NCBI GenBank assembly: GCA_964016885.1
Contig: OZ024744.1
Span: forward strand, 124,248,001-124,312,000
Reading direction: 5' to 3'
From: Eledone cirrhosa
Taxonomy: Eukaryota
Length of the DNA stretch: 64,000 nt
The notes under the pieces were generated by a model that was given only the letters and a program-made list of their open reading frames with translations, was not told the DNA's origin and ran no database searches. Of this stretch, positions 29,401 to 43,700 are shown one piece after another (the stretch's first letter is position 1; each line of letters begins with the position of its first letter). A program made the translations under genes and the position numbers.

Positions 29401-31640
29401 GACAGGTAGGACAATAGTCTGTAATAACTTGTCCAACTCATGTATGTAGGACAATAGTATGTAATAACTTGTCCAACCCATGACAGGTAGGACAATAGTC
29501 TGTAATAACTTGTCTAACCATGTATGTAGGACAATAGTCTGTAATAACTTGTCCAACCCATGTATGTAGGACAATAGTCTGTAATAACTTGTCCAACCCA
29601 TGTATGTGGGACAATAGTCTGTAATAACTTGTCTAACCCATGTATGTAGGACAATAGTCTGTAATAACTTGTCCAACCCATGTATGTAGGACAATAGTCT
29701 ATAATAACTTGTCCAACCCATGTATGTAGGACAATTGTCTGTAATAACTTGTCCAACCCATGACCGGTAGGACAATAGTCTGTAATACCTCGTCCAACCC
29801 ATGACAGGTAGGACAATAGTCTGTAATAACTTGTCCAACCCATGACAGGTAGGACAATAGTCTGTAATAACTTGTCCAACCCATGACAGGTAAGACAATA
29901 GTCTGTAATAACTTGTCCAACCCATGACAGGTAGGACAATAGTCTGTAATAACTTGTCCAACCCATGTATGTAGGACAATAGTCTGTAATAACTTGTCCA
30001 ACCCATGACAGGTAGGACAATAGTCTGTAATAACTTGTCCAACCCATGACAGGTAGGGCAATAGTCTGTAATAACTTGTCCAACCCATGTATGTAGGACA
30101 ATAGTCTGTAATAACTTGTCCAACCCATGACAGGTAGGACAATAGTCTGTTATAACTTGTCCAGCCCATGCCAGGTAGGACAAAGTATGTAATAACTTGT
30201 CCAACCCATGACAGGTAGGGCAATAGTCTGTAATAACTTGTCCAACCCATGACAGGTAGGACAATAGTCTGTAATAACTTGTCCAACCCATGACAGGTAG
30301 GGCAATAGTCTGTAACAACTTGTCCAACCCATGTATGCAGGACAATAGTCTGTAATAACTTGTCCATCCCATGACAGGTAGGACAATAGTCTGTAATAAC
30401 TTGTCCAACCCATGCATGTAGGACAATAGTCTGTAATAACTTGTCCAACCCATGTATGTAGGACAATAGTCTGTAATAACTTGTCCAACCCATGACAGGT
30501 AGGTCAATAGTCTGAAATAACTTGTCCAACCCATGACAGGTAGGACAATAGTCTGTAATAACTTGTCCAACCCATGACAGGTAAGACAATATTCTGTAAT
30601 AATTTGTCGAAGCCATGTATGTAAGACAATAGTGTGTAATAACTTGTCCAACCCAATTCAGGTAGGACAATAGTCTAATAACTTGTCCAACTCATGACAG
30701 GTAGGACAATAGTCTGTAATAACTTGTCCAACCCATGTATTTAGGACAATAGTCTGTAATAACTTGTCCAAGCCATGACAGATAGGACAATAGTCTGTAA
30801 TAACTTGTCCATCCCATGACAGGTAGGACAATAGTCTGTAATAACTTGTCCAACCCATGACAGCTAGGACAATACTCTGTAATAACTTGCCCAACCCATG
30901 TATGTAGGATAATAGTCTGTAATAACTTGTCCAACCCATGTATGTAGGACAATAGTCTGTAATAATAATTTGTCCAACCCAGGTATGTAGGACAATAGTC
31001 TGTAATAACTTGTCCAACCCATGAAAGGTAGGTCAATAGTCTGTAATAACTTGTCCAACCCATGTATGTAGGACAATATTCTGTAATAACTTGTCCAACC
31101 CATGACATGTAGGACAATAGTCTGTAATAACTTGTCCAACCCATGACAGGTAGGACAATAGTCTGTAATAACTTGTCCTACCCATGTATGTAGGACAATA
31201 GTCGGTAATACCTTGTCCAACCAATGACAGGTAGGAGAACAGTCTGTAATAACTTGTCCAACCCATGACAGGTAGGACAATAGTCGGTAATACCTTGTCC
31301 AACCAATGACAGATAGGACAATAGTCTGTAATAACTTGTCCAACCCATGTATGTAGGACAATAGTCTGTAATAACTTGTCCAAACCATGACAGGTAGGAC
31401 AATAGTCTGTAATAACTTGTCCAACTCATGACAGGTAGGACAATAGTCTGTAATAACTTGTCCAACCCATGTATGTAGGACAATAGTCTATAATAACTTG
31501 TCCAACCCATGTATGTAGGACAATTGTCTGTAATAACTTGTCCAACCCATGACCGGTAGGACAATAGTCTGTAATACCTCGTCCAACCCATGACAGGTAG
31601 GACAATAGTCTGTAATAACTTGTCCAACCCATGACAGGTA
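21735..31640 (+). repeat. Block duplication, offset 5769 bp (~21735-25870 vs ~27504-31640)
   Basis: ORF offsets 21889/27658, 23257/29026, 24889/30658, 25409/31178. Confidence 0.85.
25780..26760 (+). repeat. Local tandem duplication of 489 bp (12 monomers)
   Basis: The variant CAGCCCATGCCAGGTAGGACAAAGTATG occurs at ~26141 and ~26630; ORF starts are 26129/26618. Confidence 0.8.
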
Positions 31641-32245
31641 GGACAATAGTCTGTAATAACTTGTCCAACCCATGACAGGTAAGACAATAGTCTGTAATAA
31701 CTTGTCCAACCCATGACAGGTAGGACAATAGTCTGTAATAACTTGTCCAACCCATGTATGTAGGACAATAGTCTGTAATAACTTGTCCAACCCATGACAG
31801 GTAGGACAATAGTCTGTAATAACTTGTCCAACCCATGACAGGTAGGGCAATAGTCTGTAATAACTTGTCCAACCCATGTATGTAGGACAATAGTCTGTAA
31901 TAACTTGTCCAACCCATGACAGGTAGGACAATAGTCTGTTATAACTTGTCCAGCCCATGCCAGGTAGGACAAAGTATGTAATAACTTGTCCAACCCATGA
32001 CAGGTAGGGCAATAGTCTGTAATAACTTGTCCAACCCATGACAGGTAGGACAATAGTCTGTAATAACTTGTCCAACCCATGACAGGTAGGGCAATAGTCT
32101 GTAACAACTTGTCCAACCCATGTATGCAGGACAATAGTCTGTAATAACTTGTCCATCCCATGACAGGTAGGACAATAGTCTGTAATAACTTGTCCAACCC
32201 ATGCATGTAGGACAATAGTCTGTAATAACTTGTCCAACCCATGTA

Positions 32246-35200
32246 TGTAGGACAATAGTCTGTAATAACTTGTCCAACCCATGACAGGTAGGTCAATAGT
32301 CTGAAATAACTTGTCCAACCCATGACAGGTAGGACAATAGTCTGTAATAACTTGTCCAACCCATGACAGGTAAGACAATATTCTGTAATAATTTGTCGAA
32401 GCCATGTATGTAAGACAATAGTGTGTAATAACTTGTCCAACCCAATTCAGGTAGGACAATAGTCTAATAACTTGTCCAACTCATGACAGGTAGGACAATA
32501 GTCTGTAATAACTTGTCCAACCCATGTATTTAGGACAATAGTCTGTAATAACTTGTCCAAGCCATGACAGATAGGACAATAGTCTGTAATAACTTGTCCA
32601 TCCCATGACAGGTAGGACAATAGTCTGTAATAACTTGTCCAACCCATGACAGCTAGGACAATACTCTGTAATAACTTGCCCAACCCATGTATGTAGGATA
32701 ATAGTCTGTAATAACTTGTCCAACCCATGTATGTAGGACAATAGTCTGTAATAATAATTTGTCCAACCCAGGTATGTAGGACAATAGTCTGTAATAACTT
32801 GTCCAACCCATGAAAGGTAGGTCAATAGTCTGTAATAACTTGTCCAACCCATGTATGTAGGACAATATTCTGTAATAACTTGTCCAACCCATGACATGTA
32901 GGACAATAGTCTGTAATAACTTGTCCAACCCATGACAGGTAGGACAATAGTCTGTAATAACTTGTCCTACCCATGTATGTAGGACAATAGTCGGTAATAC
33001 CTTGTCCAACCAATGACAGGTAGGAGAACAGTCTGTAATAACTTGTCCAACCCATGACAGGTAGGACAATAGTCGGTAATACCTTGTCCAACCAATGACA
33101 GATAGGACAATAGTCTGTAATAACTTGTCCAACCCATGTATGTAGGACAATAGTCTGTAATAACTTGTCCAAACCATGACAGGTAGGACAATAGTCTGTA
33201 ATAACTTGTCCAACCCATGACAGGTAGGACAATAGTCTGTAATAACTTGTCCAACCCATGAGAGGTAGGACAATAGTCTGTAATAACTTGTCCAACCCAT
33301 GACAGCTAGGACAATAGTCTTTAATAACTTGTCCAACCCATGACAGGTAGGGCAATAGTCTGTAATAACTTGTTCAACCCATGACAGGTAGGACAATAGT
33401 CTGTAATAACTTGTCCAACTCATGTATGTAGGACAATAGTCTGTAATAACTTGTCCAACCCATGACAGGTAGGACAATAGTCTGTAATAACTTGTCTAAC
33501 CCATGTATGTAGGACAATAGTCTGTAATAACTTGTCCAACCCATGTATGTAGGACAATAGTCTGTAATAACTTGTCCAACCCATGTATGTCGGACAATAG
33601 TCTGTAATAACTTGTCTAACGCATGTATGTAGGACAATAGTCTGTAATAACTTGTCCAACCCATGTATGTAGGACAATAGTCTATAATAACTTGTCCAAC
33701 CCATGTATGTAGGACAATTGTCTGTAATAACTTGTCCAACCCATGACAGGTAGGACAATAGTCTGTAATACCTCGTCCAACCCATGACAGGTAGGACAAT
33801 AGTCTGTAATAACTTGTCCAACCAATGACAGGTAGGACAATAGTCTGTAATAACTTGTCCAACCCATGACAGGTAAGACAATAGTCTGTAATAACTTGTC
33901 CAACCAATGACAGGTAGGACAATAGTCTGTAATAACTTGTCCAACCCATGTATGTAGGACAATAGTCTGTAATAACTTGTCCAACCCATGACAGGTAGGA
34001 CAATAGTCTGTAATAACTTGTCCAACCCATGACAGGTAGGGCAATAGTCTGTAATAACTTGTCCAACCCATGTATGTAGGACAATAGTCTGTAATAACTT
34101 GTCCAACCCATGACAGGTAGGGCAATAGTTTGTAACAACTTGTCCAACCCATGTATGCAAGACAATAGTCTGTAATAACTTGTCCATCCCATGACAGGTA
34201 GGACAATAGTCTGTAATAACTTGTCCAACCCATGCATGTAGGACAATAGTCTGTAATAACTTGTCCAACCCATGTATGTAGGACAATAGTCTGTAATAAC
34301 TTGTCCAACCCATGACAGGTAGGACAATAGTCTGTAATAACTTGTCCATCCCATGACAGGTAGGACAATAGTCTGTAATAACTTGTCCAACCCATGACAG
34401 CTAGGACAATAGTCTGTAATAACTTGTCGAACCCATGTATGTGGGACAATAGTCTGTAATAACTTATCCAACCCATGACAGGTAGGACAATAGTCTGTAA
34501 TAACTTGTCCAACCCATGTATGTAGGACAATAGTCTGTAATAACTTGTCCAAACCATGACAGTTAGGACAATAGTCTGTAATAACTTGTCCAACCCATGA
34601 CAGGTAGGTCAATAGTCTGTAATAACTTGTCCAACCCATGACAGGTAGGACAATAGTCTGTAATAACTTGTCCAACCCATGACAGGTAAGACAATATTCT
34701 GTAATAACTTGTCCAACCCATGTATGTAAGACAATAGTGTGTAATAACTTGTCCTACCCAATTCAGGTAGGACAATAGTCTAATAACTTGTCCAACTCAT
34801 GACAGGTAGGACAATAGTCTGTAATAACTTGTCCAACCCATGTATTTTGGACAATAGTCTGTAATAACTTGTCCAAGCCATGACAGGTAGGACAATAGTC
34901 TGTAATAACTTGTCCAACCCATGACAGGTAGGACAATAATCTGTTATAACTTGTCTAACCCATGACAGGTAGGACAATAGTCTGTAATAATTTGTCCAAC
35001 CCATGTATGTAGGACAATAGTCTGTAATAACTTGTCCAACCCATGAAAGGTAGGTCAATAGTCTGTAATAACTTGTCCAACCCATGTATGTAGGACAATA
35101 GTCTGTAATAACTTGTCCAACCCATGTATGTAGGACAATAGTCTGTAATAACTTGTCCAACCCATGTATGTAGGACAATAGTCTGTAATAACTTGTCCAA

Positions 35201-37750
35201 ACCATGACAGGTAGGACAATAGTCTGTAATAACTTGTCCAACCCATGACAGGTAGGTCAATAGTCTGAAATAACTTGTCCAACCCATGACAGGTAGGACA
35301 ATAGTCTGTAATAACTTGTCCAACCCATGACAGGTAAGACAATATTCTGTAATAATTTGTCGAAGCCATGTATGTAAGACAATAGTGTGTAATAACTTGT
35401 CCAACCCAATTCAGGTAGGACAATAGTCTAATAACTTGTCCAACTCATGACAGGTAGGACAATAGTCTGTAATAACTTGTCCAACCCATGTATTTAGGAC
35501 AATAGTCTGTAATAACTTGTCCAAGCCATGACAGATAGGACAATAGTCTGTAATAACTTGTCCAACACATGACAGGTAGGACAATAGTCTGTAATAACTT
35601 GTCCATCCCATGACAGGTAGGACAATAGTCTGTAATAACTTGTCCAACCCATGTATGTAGGACAATAGTCTGTAATAACTTGTCCAACCCATGACAGGTA
35701 GGACAATAGTCTGTAATAGCTTGTCCAACCCATGACAGGTAGGGCAATAGTCTGTAATAACTTGTCCAACCCATGTATGTAGGACAATAGTCTGTAATAA
35801 CTTGTCCAACCCATGACAGGTAGGGCAATAGTCTGTAACAACTTGTCCAACCCATGTATGCAGGACAATAGTCTGTAATAACTTGTCCATCCCATGACAG
35901 GTAGGACAATAGTCTGTAATAACTTGTCCAACCCATGCATGTAGGACAATAGTCTGTAATAACTTGTCCAACCCATGACAGGTAGGACAATAGTCTGTAA
36001 TAACTTGTCCATCCCATGACAGGTAGGACAATAGTCTGTAATAACTTGTCCAACCCATGACAGCTAGGACAATAGTCTGTAATAACTTGTCGAACCCATG
36101 TATGTGGGACAATAGTCTGTAATAACTTATCCAACCCATGACAGGTAGGACAATAGTCTGTAATAACTTGTCCAACCCATGTATGTAGGACAATAGTCTG
36201 TAATAACTTGTCCAAACCATGACAGTTAGGACAATAGTCTGTAATAACTTGTCCAACCCATGACAGGTAGGTCAATAGTCTGTAATAACTTGTCCAACCC
36301 ATGACAGGTAGGACAATAGTCTGTAATAACTTGTCCAACCCATGACAGGTAAGACAATATTCTGTAATAACTTGTCCAACCCATGTACGTAAGACAATAG
36401 TGTGTAATAACTTGTCCTACCCAATTCAGGTAGGACAATAGTCTAATAACTTGTCCAACTCATGACGGGTAGGACAATAGTCTGTAATAACTTGTCCAAC
36501 CCATGTATTTAGGACAATAGTCTGTAATAACTTGTCCAAGCCATGACAGGTAGGACAATAGTCTGTAATAACTTGTCCAACCCATGACAGGTAGGACAAT
36601 AATCTGTTATAACTTGTCTAACCCATGACAGGTAGGACAATAGTCTGTAATAATTTGTCCAACCCATGTATGTAGGACAATAGTCTGTAATAACTTGTCC
36701 AACCCATGAAAGGTAGGTCAATAGTCTGTAATAACTTGTCCAACCCATGTATGTAGGACAATAGTCTGTAATAACTTGTCCAACCCATGTATGTAGGACA
36801 ATAGTCTGTAATAACTTGTCCAACCCATGTATGTAGGACAATAGTCTGTAATAACTTGTCCAAACCATGACAGGTAGGACAATAGTCTGTAATAACTTGT
36901 CCAACCCATGACAGGTAGGTCAATAGTCTGAAATAACTTGTCCAACCCATGACAGGTAGGACAATAGTCTGTAATAACTTGTCCAACCCATGACAGGTAA
37001 GACAATATTCTGTAATAATTTGTCGAAGCCATGTATGTAAGACAATAGTGTGTAATAACTTGTCCAACCCAATTCAGGTAGGACAATAGTCTAATAACTT
37101 GTCCAACTCATGACAGGTAGGACAATAGTCTGTAATAACTTGTCCAACCCATGTATTTAGGACAATAGTCTGTAATAACTTGTCCAAGCCATGACAGATA
37201 GGACAATAGTCTGTAATAACTTGTCCATCCCATGACAGGTAGGACAATAGTCTGTAATAACTTGTCCAACCCATGACAGCTAGGACAATACTCTGTAATA
37301 ACTTGCCCAACCCATGTATGTAGGATAATAGTCTGTAATAACTTGTCCAACCCATGTATGTAGGACAATAGTCTGTAATAATAATTTGTCCAACCCAGGT
37401 ATGTAGGACAATAGTCTGTAATAACTTGTCCAACCCATGAAAGGTAGGTCAATAGTCTGTAATAACTTGTCCAACCCATGTATGTAGGACAATATTCTGT
37501 AATAACTTGTCCAACCCATGACATGTAGGACAATAGTCTGTAATAACTTGTCCAACCCATGACAGGTAGGACAATAGTCTGTAATAACTTGTCCTACCCA
37601 TGTATGTAGGACAATAGTCGGTAATACCTTGTCCAACCAATGACAGGTAGGAGAACAGTCTGTAATAACTTCTCCAACCCATTACAGGTAGGACAATAGT
37701 CTGTAATACCTTGTCCAACCAATGACAGGTAGGACAATAGTCTGTAATAA
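32246..37750 (+). repeat. Long-range direct copy of ~14500-20004 (offset 17746 bp)
   Basis: ORF offsets 14701/32447, 14907/32653, 15628/33374, 17665/35411, 19534/37280. Confidence 0.85.
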
Positions 37751-39753
37751 CTTGTCCAACCCATGTATGTAGGACAATAGTCTGTAATAACTTGTCCAAA
37801 CCATGACAGATAGGACAATAGTCTGTAATAACTTGTCCAACCCATGACAGGTAGGACAATAGTCTGTAATAACTTGTCCAACCCATGACAGCTAGGACAA
37901 TAGTCTTTAATAACTTGTCCAACCCATGACAGGTAGGGCAATAGTCTGTAATAACTTGTCCAACCCATGACAGGTAGGACAATAGTCTGTAATAACTTGT
38001 CCAACTCATGTATGTAGGACAATAGTCTGTAATAACTTGTCCAACCCATGACAGGTAGGACAATAGTCTGTAATAACTTGTCTAACCATGTATGTAGGAC
38101 AATAGTCTGTAATAACTTGTCCAACCCATGTATGTAGGACAATAGTCTGTAATAACTTGTCCAACCCATGTATGTGGGACAATAGTCTGTAATAACTTGT
38201 CTAACCCATGTATGTAGGACAATAGTCTGTAATAACTTGTCCAACCCATGTATGTAGGACAATAGTCTATAATAACTTGTCCAACCCATGTATGTAGGAC
38301 AATTGTCTGGAATAACTTGTCCAACCCATGACCGGTAGGACAATAGTCTGTAATACCTCGTCCAACCCATGACAGGTAGGACAATAGTCTGTAATAACTT
38401 GTCCAACCCATGACAGGTAGGACAATAGTCTGTAATAACTTGTCCAACCCATGACAGGTAAGACAATAGTCTGTAATAACTTGTCCAACCCATGACAGGT
38501 AGGACAATAGTCTGTAATAACTTGTCCAACCCATGTATGTAGGACAATAGTCTGTAATAACTTGTCCAACCCATGACAGGTAGGACAATAGTCTGTAATA
38601 ACTTGTCCAACCCATGACAGGTAGGGCAATAGTCTGTAATAACTTGTCCAACCCATGTATGTAGGACAATAGTCTGTAATAACTTGTCCAACCCATGACA
38701 GGTAGGACAATAGTCTGTTATAACTTGTCCAGCCCATGCCAGGTAGGACAAAGTATGTAATAACTTGTCCAACCCATGACAGGTAGGGCAATAGTCTGTA
38801 ATAACTTGTCCAACCCATGACAGGTAGGACAATAGTCTGTAATAACTTGTCCAACCCATGACAGGTAGGGCAATAGTCTGTAACAACTTGTCCAACCCAT
38901 GTATGCAGGACAATAGTCTGTAATAACTTGTCCATCCCATGACAGGTAGGACAATAGTCTGTAATAACTTGTCCAACCCATGCATGTAGGACAATAGTCT
39001 GTAATAACTTGTCCAACCCATGTATGTAGGACAATAGTCTGTAATAACTTGTCCAACCCATGACAGGTAGGACAATAGTCTGTAATAACTTGTCCATCCC
39101 ATGACAGGTAGGACAATAGTCTGTAATAACTTGTCCAACCCATGACAGCTAGGACAATAGTCTGTAATAACTTGTCGAACCCATGTATGTAGGACAATAG
39201 TCTGTAATAAATTGTCCAACCCATGACAGGTAGGACAATAGTCTGTAATAACTTGTCCAACCCATGACAGGTAGGACAATAATCTGTTATAACTTGTCTA
39301 ACCCATGACAGGTAGGACAATAGTCTGTAATAATTTGTCCAACCCATGTATGTAGGACAATAGTCTGTAATAACTTGTCCAACCCATGAAAGGTAGGTCA
39401 ATAGTCTGTAATAACTTGTCCAACCCATGTATGTAGGACAATAGTCTGTAATAACTTGTCCAACCCATGTATGTAGGACAATAGTCTGTAATAACTTGTC
39501 CAACCCATGTATGTAGGACAATAGTCTGTAATAACTTGTCCAAACCATGACAGGTAGGACAATAGTCTGTAATAACTTGTCCAACCCATGACAGGTAGGT
39601 CAATAGTCTGTAATAACTTGTCCAACCCATGACAGGTAGGACAATAGTCTGTAATAACTTGTCCAACCCATGACAGGTAAGACAATATTCTGTAATAACT
39701 TGTCCAACCCATGTATGTAAGACAATAGTGTGTAATAACTTCTCCAACCCAAT
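37074..39753 (+). repeat. Complete copy of the ~2.68-kb (~66-monomer) basic variant cycle; second clean copy at ~52900-55580
   Basis: Landmark-to-landmark distance is 2680 bp here and about 2682 bp at 52899-55581, with the same ordered series of diagnostic variants. Confidence 0.75.
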
Positions 39754-40789
39754 TCAGGTAGGACAATAGTCTAATAACTTGTCCAACTCATGACAGGTAG
39801 GACAATAGTCTGTAATAACTTGTCCAACCCATGTATTTAGGACAATAGTCTGTAATAACTTGTCCAAGCCATGACAGGTAGGACAATAGTCTGTAATAAC
39901 TTGTCCAACCCATGACAGGTAGGACAATAATCTGTTATAACTTGTCTAACCCATGACAGGTAGGACAATAGTCTGTAATAATTTGTCCAACCCATGTATG
40001 TAGGACAATAGTCTGTAATAACTTGTCCAACCCATGAAAGGTAGGTCAATAGTCTGTAATAACTTGTCCAACCCATGTATGTAGGACAATAGTCTGTAAT
40101 AACTTGTCCAACCCATGTATGTAGGACAATAGTCTGTAATAACTTGTCCAACCCATGTATGTAGGACAATAGTCTGTAATAACTTGTCCAACCCATGACA
40201 GGTAGGTCAATAGTCTGAAATAACTTGTCCAACCCATGACAGGTAGGACAATAGTCTGTAATAACTTGTCCAACCCATGACAGGTAAGACAATATTCTGT
40301 AATAACTTGTCCAACCCATGTATGTAAGACAATAGTGTGTAATAACTTGTCCAACCCAATTCAGGTAGGACAATAGTCTAATAACTTGTCCAACTCATGA
40401 CAGGTAGGACAATAGTCTGTAATAACTTGTCCAACCCATGTATTTAGGACAATAGTCTGTAATAACTTGTCCAAGCAATGACAGGTAGGACAATAGTCTG
40501 TAATAACTTGTCCAACACATGACAGGTAGGACAATAGTCTGTAATAACTTGTCCAACCCATGACAGGTAAGACAATATTCTGTAATAACTTGTCCAACCC
40601 ATGTATGTAAGACAATAGTGTGTAATAACTTGTCCAACCCAATTCAGGTAGGACAATAGTCTAATAACTTGTCCAACTCATGACAGGTAGGACAATAGTC
40701 TGTAATAACTTGTCCAACCCATGTATTTAGGACAATAGTCTGTAATAACTTGTCCAAGCAATGACAGGTAGGACAATAGTCTGTAATAA

Positions 40790-43700
40790 CTTGTCCAACC
40801 CATGACAGCTAGGACAATACTCTGTAATAACTTGCCCAACCCATGTATGTAGGATAATAGTCTGTAATAACTTGTCCAACCCATGTATGTAGGACAATAG
40901 TCTGTAATAATAATTTGTCCAACCCATGTATGTAGGACAATAGTCTGTAATAACTTGTCCAACCCATGAAAGGTAGGTCAATAGTCTGTAATAACTTGTC
41001 CAACCCATGTATGTAGGACAATATTCTGTAATAACTTGTCCAACCCATGACATGTAGGACAATAGTCTGTAATAACTTGTCCAACCCATGACAGGTAGGA
41101 CAATAGTCGGTAATACCTTGTCCAACCAATGACAGGTAGGAGAACAGTCTGTAATAACTTCTCCAACCCATTACAGGTAGGACAATAGTCTGTAATACCT
41201 TGTCCAACCAATGACAGGTAGGACAATAGTCTGTAATAACTTGTCCAACCCATGTATGTAGGAAAATAGTCTGTAATAACTTGTCCAAACCATGACAGGT
41301 AGGACAATAGTCTGTAATAACTTGTCCAACCCATGACAGGTAGGACAATAGTCTGTAATAACTTGTCCAACCCATAACAGATAGGACAATAGTCTGTAAT
41401 AACTTGTCCAACCCATGACAGCTAGGACAATAGTCTTTAATAACTTGTCCAACCCATGACAGGTAGGGCAATAGTCTGTAATAACTTGTCCAACCCATGA
41501 CAGGTAGGACAATAGTCTGTAATAACTTGTCCAACCCATGTATGTAGGACAATAGTCTGTAATAACTTGTCCAACCCATGACAGGTAGGACAATAGTCTG
41601 TAATAACTTTTCTAACCCATGTATGTAGGACAATAGTCTGTAATAACTTGTCCAACCCATGTATGTAGGACAATAGTCTGTAATAACTTGTCCAACCCAT
41701 GTATGTCGGACAATAGTCTGTAATAACTTGTCTAACCCATGTATGTAGGACAATAGTCTGTAATAACTTGTCCAACCCATGCATGTAGGACAATAGTCTG
41801 TAATAACTTGTCCAACCCATGTATGTAGGACAATAGTCTGTAATAACTTGTCCAACCCATGACAGGTAGGACAATAGTCTGTAATAACTTGTCCAGCCCA
41901 TGCCAGTTAGCACAAAGTCTGTAATAACTTGTCCAACCCATGACAGGTAGGGCAATAGTCTGTAATAACTTGTCCAACCCATGACAGGTAGGACAATAGT
42001 CTGTAATAACTTGTCCAACCCATGACAGGTAGGGCAATAGTCTGTAATAACTTGTCCAACCCATGTATGCAGGACAATAGTCTGTAATAACTTGTCCATC
42101 CCATGACAGGTAGGACAATAGTCTGTAATAACTTGTCCAACCCATGCATGTAGGACAATAGTCTGTAATAACTTGTCCAACCCATGTATGTAGGACAATA
42201 GTCTGTAATAACTTGTCCAACCCATGACATGTAGGACAATAGTCTGTAATAACTTGTCCATCCCATGACAGGTAGGACAATAGTCTGTAATAACTTGTCC
42301 AACCCATGACAGCTAGGACAATAGTCTGTAATAACTTGTCGAACCCATGTATGTAGGACAATAGTCTGTAATAAATTGTCCAACCCATGACAGGTAGGAC
42401 AATAGTCTGTAATAACTTGTCCAACCCATGACAGGTAGGACAATAGTCTGTAATAATTTGTCCAACCCATGTATGTAGGACAATAGTCTGTAATAACTTG
42501 TCCAACCCATGAAAGGTAGGTCAATAGTCTGTAATAACTTGTCCAACCCATGTATGTAGGACAATAGTCTGTAATAACTTGTCCAACCCATGTATGTAGG
42601 ACAATAGTCTGTAATAACTTGTCCAACCCATGCATGTAGGACAATAGTCTGTAATAACTTGTCCAACCCATGTATGTAGGACAATAGTCTGTAATAACTT
42701 GTCCAACCCATGACAGGTAGGACAATAGTCTGTAATAACTTGTCCATCCCATGACAGGTAGGACAATAGTCTGTAATAACTTGTCCAACCCATGACAGCT
42801 AGGACAATAGTCTGTAATAACTTGTCGAACCCATGTATGTAGGACAATAGTCTGTAATAAATTGTCCAACCCATGACAGGTAGGACAATAGTCTGTAATA
42901 ACTTGTCCAACCCATGACAGGTAGGACAATAATCTGTTATAACTTGTCTAACCCATGACAGGTAGGACAATAGTCTGTAATAATTTGTCCAACCCATGTA
43001 TGTAGGACAATAGTCTGTAATAACTTGTCCAACCCATGAAAGGTAGGTCAATAGTCTGTAATAACTTGTCCAACCCATGTATGTAGGACAATAGTCTGTA
43101 ATAACTTGTCCAAACCATGACAGGTAGGACAATAGTCTGTAATAACTTGTCCAACCCATGACAGGTAAGACAATATTCTGTAATAACTTGTCCAACCCAT
43201 GTATGTAAGACAATAGTGTGTAATAACTTCTCCAACCCAATTCAGGTAGGACAATAGTCTAATAACTTGTCCAACCCATGAAAGGTAGGTCAATAGTCTG
43301 TAATAACTTGTCCAACCCATGTATGTAGGACAATAGTCTGTAATAACTTGTCCAACCCATGTATGTAGGACAATAGTCTGTAATAACTTGTCCAACCCAT
43401 GTATGTAGGACAATAGTCTGTAATAACTTGTCCAACCCATGACAGGTAGGTCAATAGTCTGAAATAACTTGTCCAACCCATGACAGGTAGGACAATAGTC
43501 TGTAATAACTTGTCCAACCCATGACAGGTAAGACAATATTCTGTAATAACTTGTCCAACCCATGTATGTAAGACAATAGTGTGTAATAACTTGTCCAACC
43601 CAATTCAGGTAGGACAATAGTCTAATAACTTGTCCAACTCATGACAGGTAGGACAATAGTCTGTAATAACTTGTCCAACCCATGTATTTAGGACAATAGT

